Source of the DNA: Nostocoides sp.
GTDB lineage: Bacteria; Actinomycetota; Actinomycetes; Actinomycetales; Dermatophilaceae
DNA: 54,462 nt
Reading direction: 5' to 3'
Assembly: GCA_035442145.1 (NCBI GenBank)
Contig: DAORPX010000001.1
Coordinates: forward strand, 1-54,462
The first letter of the stretch is position 1. Every line of letters starts with the position of its first letter. The notes below the pieces were generated by a model. That model searched no databases, had not been told where the DNA came from, and saw only the letters and a list, made by a program, of their open reading frames with translations. Both the position numbers and the translations under genes were made by a program. This document shows, piece by piece, positions 47,879-54,462 of this stretch.

Positions 47879-49276
47879 TCATGGGCGGGCACGAGGTGCC
47901 GCGAGTGCCCCGAGAGCGGCGACGGCTGCGCCGCCAAGCATCAGCGCGGCGAACGTCGTGCCCGTTGTTGAGGCACCGCTGAGGGCGATGACCGTCCCGA
48001 CCAGGCCGGTCTGGAGGGCGACGCCGGTCGAGAGCGCAACCCCCTGCGAGGCCGAGACCCGACCCTGCTCACCAACCGGAGCCAACCCCAGCAGAGCCGT
48101 CGAGAGGGTCGGAGAGACGATGCCCATGCCGAGCGCCGACAGGGCCCACCCGAGCAGGCCGGGGACCAGCCCGAAGACGCCGAGCGCGATGAGGATCGGG
48201 CCGGCGGCACCCACGGCAATACACAGGAAGCCGACCCGCAACCGTTGGTGATCTGCCCATCGTTGCTGGACCGTAGCGAGGCTGTTGAGGAAGGACCCAG
48301 CGGCCCACAACGTGCCGGTGACGCTGAGCGAGATCCCCGCCACGGCCGTCGAGACGCCCTGGGTCTGGACGAGCATGAGCGGGATGAGGCCGCCGACCGC
48401 CGTGAAGCCAGCGGCCACGAGAAGCCGGAGGGTGACAAGGCTGGGGATCCCTCGGGCGAGTCGGAGGGCGCCAGCAGGCAGGACTCGGGACGAGGTCAGT
48501 GCGATGAGGAGCAGGCCGAGCCCGACGAGGGTGAGCCCGAGGAGGCGCTGGCCTCCGGGCCGCTCAACGAGCGGCCCGCTGAAGGTCATCGCGGTGAGGC
48601 CGGCAGCGAGCACGATCGCCACACCGAGCGGGGCGCCTTGTGGCTCGCCTACGCCATCCGGCTCGGGAGCGTCCTGGAGTGCCTCGGCTCGCGCCAGAGA
48701 GTCGCGGAGCAAGACCAGCGCGAGGGGCACGATAAGGAGCGGCCCGGCGAAGACCCAGCGCCACCCGAGCAGCCCGTCCACGAGCCCCGCGAGGCTGGGA
48801 CCGAGCAGGGAGGGCAGGATCCACGCGGCGGAGAAGGAGGCGAAGACCTTGGCCCGCAGGTCGGCTGGGAGAACCCGAGCGACGAGCACCATCAGGGTTG
48901 TGTCGATGAGCGCCTCGGCAGCGCCGGACGCCGCCCGGCCGACGACGAAGATGCTCATCGAGGGGGCAAGGGCACAGACGAGCTGGGCAAGAACGAACGC
49001 ACCGAGTCCGGCGAGCAGGACATGTCGGGGGCCGACCCGGTCGGTCCACGAACCCGCATACACGGTCGCGAGCGTGAGGGTGATGAGTGGCGCCCCGGCG
49101 CTCGCCCCGAAGAGGGCCCAACCGTCGAGCTCGCCGACGACCGTCGGCAAGATCGCCATGACCGCGCGATTCTCGAAGGCGGCGAGGGTGACCAGCGCGA
49201 TGATGCCGACAACGACGGGGAGGTGTTCGCGGGAGAGCAGGCGGTGGGGGGTGGCGCCTGGGGCCCGCGGGGTCAT
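47879..49276 (-). CDS. MFS transporter (SoxR-regulated efflux candidate)
   Basis: TLAAFENRAV, DRVGPR, GRAASG, WILPSLLGP, GWRWVF; about 14 TM. Confidence 0.9.
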   Translation of the reverse strand: MTPRAPGATPHRLLSREHLPVVVGIIALVTLAAFENRAVMAILPTVVGELDGWALFGASAGAPLITLTLATVYAGSWTDRVGPRHVLLAGLGAFVLAQLVCALAPSMSIFVVGRAASGAAEALIDTTLMVLVARVLPADLRAKVFASFSAAWILPSLLGPSLAGLVDGLLGWRWVFAGPLLIVPLALVLLRDSLARAEALQDAPEPDGVGEPQGAPLGVAIVLAAGLTAMTFSGPLVERPGGQRLLGLTLVGLGLLLIALTSSRVLPAGALRLARGIPSLVTLRLLVAAGFTAVGGLIPLMLVQTQGVSTAVAGISLSVTGTLWAAGSFLNSLATVQQRWADHQRLRVGFLCIAVGAAGPILIALGVFGLVPGLLGWALSALGMGIVSPTLSTALLGLAPVGEQGRVSASQGVALSTGVALQTGLVGTVIALSGASTTGTTFAALMLGGAAVAALGALAAPRARP

Positions 49277-49291
49277 GTCGAACATTGTTCA

Positions 49292-49311
49292 ACCTCAAGT
49301 GCACTTGAGGT
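49292..49311. promoter_or_regulatory. SoxR box within a MerR-type promoter of the MFS gene
   Basis: Perfect palindrome ACCTCAAGTGCACTTGAGGT; minus strand TTGACC, 19-nt spacer, AACAAT, 7 nt, ATG. Confidence 0.88.
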
Positions 49312-49331
49312 CAATTCGATAGCCTGGAAGG

Positions 49332-49784
49332 GTGCACCGGGAGGACCAGCTGACGATCGGCGACGTCGCGCTTCGATCGGGGCTTAGTGTCGCGACGCTG
49401 CGCTTCTACGAGGAGCGAGGGCTGATCGCTGCGATGCGCACCGAGGGCAACCAGCGCCGCTATCCACGACACGTGCTGCGCAGGCTTGCGGTGATCCGCG
49501 CCGGACAACGGTTCGGCCTGTCCCTTGCCGAGATCGGCCAGGCCCTTGCCGGGCTTCCCGTCGACCGTCCACCGACGAAACGGGACTGGGCCCGGATCTC
49601 GGCCCAGTGGCACGTCCTGCTCGGCGCCCGGATCGAGGTGATGAACCGCGTGCGGGACGGGCTCGAGTCGTGCATCGGCTGCGGCTGTCTGTCGCTGCGG
49701 TCCTGCCCGGTCTACAACTCCGACGACGAACTCGGCGCTGCCGGTCCCGGCGCTCGACGGTGGCCAGAAGGAGCCCGCGAGTGA
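49332..49784 (+). CDS. soxR: Redox-sensitive transcriptional activator SoxR
   Basis: LTIGDVALRSG, LRFYE, GNQRRY, CIGCGCLSLRSC [2Fe-2S] motif. Confidence 0.96.
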   Translation: MHREDQLTIGDVALRSGLSVATLRFYEERGLIAAMRTEGNQRRYPRHVLRRLAVIRAGQRFGLSLAEIGQALAGLPVDRPPTKRDWARISAQWHVLLGARIEVMNRVRDGLESCIGCGCLSLRSCPVYNSDDELGAAGPGARRWPEGARE

Positions 49785-49816
49785 GCGGGCCGGAGCCGAT
49801 GTGAGTTCTCTGAGGA

Positions 49817-50172
49817 TCAGATAGGGGTCTGCGCGTCCGGGACAAAGGGTGCCCCGTGCCCGGGAATGACCATCACGGGGCCCAGATCCAGGATCCGCCT
49901 CCGCGACAGGTCGCCTGGAAGTCGTGCACCCGGGCGTTCGGGAAGAGGGCAATGTTCACCGTGTGGTCGGGGTGGTGATGGCTGATCACGACGTCCGTGA
50001 TGTCTTGCGGGGAGACGCCAAGCGCGGCCAAGGGAGCCAAGATCACGGATCGGGCGGCAACCATGCCCGGGTCCACGACGATGAGCGCCCCGGCGTCGCG
50101 GATCAGGCAGACCGTGGAGGCGACCCGATCTGCGGCATACCCGACTGCGAGAACGTCGACGATAGCGACCAT
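49817..50172 (-). pseudogene. MBL-fold hydrolase with internal deletion and frameshift
   Basis: N-terminus VDPG..ISHHHPDHTVN..VHDFQAT is joined out of frame to the C-terminus SRRRILDLGPVMVIPGHGAPFVPDAQTPI*; central region missing. Confidence 0.75.
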
Positions 50173-50236
50173 GGGTGGACTCTACGGGTGAGTTACCAGA
50201 CGCGACCGGCGCTGGTCGTTCAGAACAGCGGGTGGC

Positions 50237-51484
50237 TCAGCCCGCCAGGTGAGAGTTGTCGTCCGCCCATATCCCGAGCAGGCCGCCGAAGTGCGCCTCG
50301 AACCGCTCCCACTCGTGGGTGGGATAGGTCTGCTGAATCGTCGAGGTGAGCATGGAGCGGAACTCGGGGGACGTCACATACTCATAGACGAACTCATCGA
50401 CATGCCCCAGTGTCGCGGCACAGAACTCCTGATAGCGCTCGGTGTCGAAGTGCTGCGAGGCAAGGGCCTGATAGGCCACGATCTTGGCCGCGTAGTCCAG
50501 ATCCGGGTCGTCCGCAATCGCGAACCACGGTGCGGTGTCGACCTGAGTCTTGGCGATCCGGTCCGTCATCACGCAGAAGCTCGACCACTTGAGCAGCGAC
50601 TTCATTGCCCACGGGAAGTAGTAATGCAAGGAGGTGACCGCGACATCCGGGCAGGCGTTCGCGTAGTCGATCGGATAGACGATGTCGTCCTTGACGAGCA
50701 TCTCGCAGGAGTTGAACTCCCAACGGAAAAAGGCGTTGACGGTCTGCGCAATCGCGATCGTCTCCTCCCCCGCCTTCTGCGACAAGAAGTCGTGCGCCAC
50801 CTCATACCGGTTATGCATGGGCTCGTCCGGGCGGAACTTCATGACCATCGTCTCGGGCCCGATCGTCAGCGCGCGGGCAAAGACGTCGTAGTCGATCGAT
50901 TCCTGGAGGTGCATGAGCATCTCGCCGGACTCGTCGTATGCCGCGTGCAGCTCCTCCCGGTCGCGCACCCGAGAAACCCCGCGCCAGCCACCGCCGTCGA
51001 AGGGCTTCATGAAGAGCGGATAGCCCATCTCCTCGGCGACGGCATCAAGATCGAACGCCTGGTTGTACTTGGCGGAGGTGTAGGCCCACCGCGCGTTGTC
51101 GACCGGGTGCTTGTAGGGCACGAGCACCGTATTGGGAACGTTGAGACCGAGGCGGAGCATGGCGCAGTAGGCCGAGTGCTTCTCCATCGACTGGAATGTG
51201 AAGGGGCTGTTCAACAGATACAGGTCATCCATGAGCGAGGCCTTCTTGAGCCATTCGCGCGGGTGGTAGTACCAGTAGGCAAGCCGGTCGATGCATAGGT
51301 CTTGACGCACCGAATCCCGCAGATTGAAGGGCTCGATCGTCACGCGTTCGCTGGCAATCCGGTGCTGGACGCCGTCGGGGGTCTGCAGCACGCCGAGCCG
51401 GCGGACCAGGGCCTCGAATGCGGTCGGCCAGTCCTCCTCCGCCCCGAGCAGCAGTCCGATGAGGTGCTCACGCTGTGTCGTCAT
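50237..51484 (-). CDS. ATP-grasp domain protein (RimK/glutathione-synthetase-like)
   Basis: AAAGGA RBS; GLNVPNTVLVP, GYPLFMKPFDGGGWRGV, MHLQESI, EFNSCE, IDYANACPD. Confidence 0.85.
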   Translation of the reverse strand: MTTQREHLIGLLLGAEEDWPTAFEALVRRLGVLQTPDGVQHRIASERVTIEPFNLRDSVRQDLCIDRLAYWYYHPREWLKKASLMDDLYLLNSPFTFQSMEKHSAYCAMLRLGLNVPNTVLVPYKHPVDNARWAYTSAKYNQAFDLDAVAEEMGYPLFMKPFDGGGWRGVSRVRDREELHAAYDESGEMLMHLQESIDYDVFARALTIGPETMVMKFRPDEPMHNRYEVAHDFLSQKAGEETIAIAQTVNAFFRWEFNSCEMLVKDDIVYPIDYANACPDVAVTSLHYYFPWAMKSLLKWSSFCVMTDRIAKTQVDTAPWFAIADDPDLDYAAKIVAYQALASQHFDTERYQEFCAATLGHVDEFVYEYVTSPEFRSMLTSTIQQTYPTHEWERFEAHFGGLLGIWADDNSHLAG

Positions 51485-51515
51485 TGACATCATCCTTTGA
51501 TCGAGAACGGCGGGG

Positions 51516-52262
51516 TCACACAAAACGGGGCAAATGATGCGCGAACTGCTTGCGCCACCACGGCCAATCATGGGCGCTGTCGTGTCCCCACACGTCGAGT
51601 TGGTGAGGGATGCCCTTGCGCCGCAGGACATCCGCAAAGGCGAGGGTGGAGGGATAGGACTTTGTTGGCTCCCACTCAAAGGGCCCCTCCCCCACCACCA
51701 GCAGGAGGTTGGCGCGCGAGCGTAGCCAGGCCAGGTGATCGCCTTCGGCGTTCGCGACATACGCCATCGGGTTGACGAAGTAGGTGTTGTCGCCGATCTC
51801 GCCGAACCCCCGCCAGGCCGTGGGATCGTAGCTGCCCGACAACGAGATCGACAGCGGGGCGACATCGGCCCGCTGCAGGGTGAAGTGCGCCGCGTGATAG
51901 GCGCCCAGGGAGACGCCGAAGGTGATGATGTCGTTGCGCCACCCACCGAGCGTGTAGGCCAGATGGGGTAGCACGGCCTGCTCGAGCCAGGCCTGATAGA
52001 TCCGGTGCCGCCGGGCCCGCTCCTCGGTCGGCTGATCGTATGCGGACCAGGTGTAGCGATCCAGGGAGTCGACGCAAAAGAAGGTCACGCGCCCGGCATC
52101 GACGAGATCACCGACGACTTCGAGCATGCCATTGTTCTCGAAGTCCTCGGCACGGCCGGCCTCGGAGGGAAAGACCAACACGGGGCGGCCGAAGTGTCCG
52201 TGCCGAATGACGCCCAATGTCGCATCGAGACCCGGAACCGCCAGCTCCACGCGTTCACCCAT
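51516..52262 (-). CDS. Alpha/beta-hydrolase esterase family protein
   Basis: GHFGRPVLVFPS, GVSLGAYHA nucleophile, SGSYD, WGHDSAHDWPWW. Confidence 0.88.
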   Translation of the reverse strand: MGERVELAVPGLDATLGVIRHGHFGRPVLVFPSEAGRAEDFENNGMLEVVGDLVDAGRVTFFCVDSLDRYTWSAYDQPTEERARRHRIYQAWLEQAVLPHLAYTLGGWRNDIITFGVSLGAYHAAHFTLQRADVAPLSISLSGSYDPTAWRGFGEIGDNTYFVNPMAYVANAEGDHLAWLRSRANLLLVVGEGPFEWEPTKSYPSTLAFADVLRRKGIPHQLDVWGHDSAHDWPWWRKQFAHHLPRFV

Positions 52263-52361
52263 GGTGGTATCCAATCGTACGGATGCCCCCGACCGCCACA
52301 CGGTGTCGATGCCCGCGCCCAGGACGGTCTCGAAGCGTTCGCTCTGTCATGCTGTCGTCCC

Positions 52362-53729
52362 GTGAGCATCGATTCGGGTGACTGGGGGAACCCGCTGAAA
52401 AAGCGTCGGTTCCTGCGCCACCCGGCCCAGGTCGTCGTGGCGGCCTTCGCCGCTGCCGATCTGGTCGGCACCCTGCTGTTGGCGCTGCCGGTGGCGCGCA
52501 GCGGTGACGGCTCGGCGCCGCTGATCACGGCACTCTTCACCGCGACCAGCGCCGTCTGCGTGACCGGGCTGACAACCGTCGACACGGGCACCTACTGGAG
52601 CAGCTTCGGGCAATGGGTGATTCTGGGGCTCATCCAGATCGGCGGCTTCGGGATCATGACGCTCGCCTCCCTCCTTGCGCTCTTCGTCAGTCGGCGCATG
52701 GGCTTGCGGACGCGACTGTATGCGGCCGCCGAGACCAAGAGCTCCGGGATCGGCGATGTCCGACGCGTCCTGCGGGGGGTTGCCCTGATCACGGTCGTCG
52801 TCGAGGGCGCCCTGGCCACGATCTTGACCACGCGCTTCCTGGTTGCCTACGACTACCCCGTCGGCAAGGCCCTGCACCACGGTGTCTTCCATGCCGTCTC
52901 GTCGTTCAACAATGCCGGCTTCGCGCTCTACAGCGACAGCCTGATGGGCTTTGCCACCGACCCCCTCATCCTGCTTCCCATCAGCCTGGCCATCATCATT
53001 GGCGGGCTCGGCTTCCCCGTCATCCTCGAGCTTTTTCGGCGACAGCCGATGCGCAAGTGGAGCCTGCATACCCGTCTCACGCTGTTGATGACGGGGGTCC
53101 TGCTCATCGGCGGGACGCTGTTCATGAGCGCGAACGAGTGGAACAACACCGGGACGATTGCCGACTACGGTGCCGGCCACAAGCTGCTCGCGGGCTGGTT
53201 CCACGCGGTCCAGCCGCGAACTGCCGGGTTCAACGCCTGGGACTACGGCCAGGTGACCGATGAGACTCTGCTCGGCACCATCATGCTCATGTTTGTCGGG
53301 GGTGGGTCGGCCTCCACGGCCGGCGGATTGAAAGTGACGACCTTCATCTTGCTCTTCTTCGTCATCTTGTCGGAGGTCCGCGGCGAGAGCGAGGTGACCG
53401 CCTTCGATCGGCGGATCGAGCCGCGGGTGGTTCGCCAGGCCATCACCGTCGCCCTGCTGGGGATCGCCGCCATCGTCGGTGCGACCCTGGCGCTCATCGA
53501 GATCACCTCCTTCCCGCTGACCCCGATTCTCTTCGAGACCACCTCCGCATTCGCCACCGTCGGGTTGTCCACCGGCATCACCCCGCAGCTGAATCTTCCG
53601 GCGCAAGTGATCGTCATCGCGCTGATGTTCCTGGGCCGGCTCGGACCGGTCACCCTCGTCTCCGCCCTCGCGCTGCGTCAGCGTCAGCCGAGATACTCGT
53701 ACCCGGAAGGAGCACCCCTCATTGGCTAA
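52362..53729 (+). CDS. trkH: Trk/Ktr potassium uptake permease
   Basis: FTATSAVCVTGL, SSFNNAGF, PRTAGF, STAGGLKVTT, SAFATVGLS, MFLGRLGP; start uncertain. Confidence 0.93.
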   Translation: MSIDSGDWGNPLKKRRFLRHPAQVVVAAFAAADLVGTLLLALPVARSGDGSAPLITALFTATSAVCVTGLTTVDTGTYWSSFGQWVILGLIQIGGFGIMTLASLLALFVSRRMGLRTRLYAAAETKSSGIGDVRRVLRGVALITVVVEGALATILTTRFLVAYDYPVGKALHHGVFHAVSSFNNAGFALYSDSLMGFATDPLILLPISLAIIIGGLGFPVILELFRRQPMRKWSLHTRLTLLMTGVLLIGGTLFMSANEWNNTGTIADYGAGHKLLAGWFHAVQPRTAGFNAWDYGQVTDETLLGTIMLMFVGGGSASTAGGLKVTTFILLFFVILSEVRGESEVTAFDRRIEPRVVRQAITVALLGIAAIVGATLALIEITSFPLTPILFETTSAFATVGLSTGITPQLNLPAQVIVIALMFLGRLGPVTLVSALALRQRQPRYSYPEGAPLIG

Positions 53730-54390
53730 GCAACTAGACACCGCCTCCGGCGTGGTCGTCATCGGATTGGGCCGGTTCGGCAAGTCGCTCGCGCTCGAGC
53801 TCGAGAACGACGGCGTTGAGGTGCTGGGGATCGACCTAGACCGGCATACCGTCGACATGCTGGCTGGTCGGCTCACGCATGTCGTGCAGGCCGACTCCAC
53901 CGACATCGAAGTCATGCGGCAGCTGTCGGTCCACGAATTCGATCGGGCAGTGATCGCTATCGGCTCGAACCTCGAATCCAGCGTGCTCACCGCCTTCGTC
54001 CTCAAGCAGCTCGGGGTCGATCTCGTGTGGGCCAAGGCGACCAGCGAATCGATGCGCCAAATTCTGCTCAAGATCGGGGTGAACCAGGTCGTTCGCCCCG
54101 AGCACGACATGGGCCGGCGGGTCGCGCACCTGGTGCGCGGCAAGATGATCGACTACATCGAGTTCGACGACGGATTCGCCATCGTCAAAACGACCCCACC
54201 CAAAAACATCCTCGGTGTGACACTGGCCGCCTCCGGAGTCCGCACGAAATACGGGGTCACCATCGTCGGGATCAAGACCCCGGGCAACGACTTCACCTAC
54301 GCCACGCCCGAGTCGATCGTGACGGCCGGGGATCTGGTCATCGTCTCCGGCGAACGCCACCGGGTGGAGCGCTTCTCCAACGAGCCCTGA
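53722..54390 (+). CDS. trkA: Trk/Ktr potassium uptake NAD-binding subunit
   Basis: VIGLGRFG, QADSTD, PEHDMGRRVAH, TrkA-C domain; TTG start overlapping trkH. Confidence 0.93.
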   Translation: MAKQLDTASGVVVIGLGRFGKSLALELENDGVEVLGIDLDRHTVDMLAGRLTHVVQADSTDIEVMRQLSVHEFDRAVIAIGSNLESSVLTAFVLKQLGVDLVWAKATSESMRQILLKIGVNQVVRPEHDMGRRVAHLVRGKMIDYIEFDDGFAIVKTTPPKNILGVTLAASGVRTKYGVTIVGIKTPGNDFTYATPESIVTAGDLVIVSGERHRVERFSNEP

Positions 54391-54407
54391 GCCACCGGCC
54401 CACAAGC

Positions 54408-54457
54408 GGGCGGTTCAGAAGAGGGCGGTTCAGAAGAGGGCGGCTCAGAAGAGGGCG
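54408..54457. repeat. Tandem repeat, about 3.3 x 15 bp (GGGCGGTTCAGAAGA)
   Basis: Units at 54408, 54423, 54438, partial at 54453; minus strand reads ATG AGC GCC CTC TTC TGA followed by two further GCC CTC TTC TGA copies. Confidence 0.9.
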
Positions 54458-54462
54458 CTCAT

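Overview
High-GC (about 70% by eye) actinobacterial chromosomal segment. Gene content suggests Micrococcales, possibly Intrasporangiaceae/Dermatophilaceae; this is inferred, not verified. It is mostly conserved housekeeping DNA. From left to right: the 5' part of an initiator tRNA-Met; the UPF0182 / PPA1309 / PDZ-Lon / moaE / Zn-protease / NUDIX / M48 / DUF5679 / ThiF-like / ABC1-kinase block; ilvD, a leader peptide with attenuator, and ilvBNC; gatCAB; ligA; a metE-like gene, mnmA, iscS and etfBA; a glgX-glgE-mak-glgB-pgm alpha-glucan operon; and an Lrp with a PLP lyase. A small decaying accessory stretch follows (DUF1801, an HTH gene with a broken PIN toxin, MFS-soxR, a broken MBL hydrolase), then an esterase/ATP-grasp pair and trkH-trkA. 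The strongest unexplained signal is a dispersed octamer, GTATGCCG/CGGCATAC. I found 35 exact copies by eye against about 2 expected from base composition. Copies occur on both strands and in several reading frames, force rare codons, and once form an inverted terminator-like pair, which resembles a DNA-uptake-sequence or HIP-like motif. Other unannotated signals include a 5x17-bp repeat that makes a chain of stop/start-coupled micro-ORFs ahead of the metE-like gene, a paired DnaA-box hairpin, a 19-bp-period repeat cassette and a 38-bp operator palindrome. No CRISPR array, integrase or transposase was seen.
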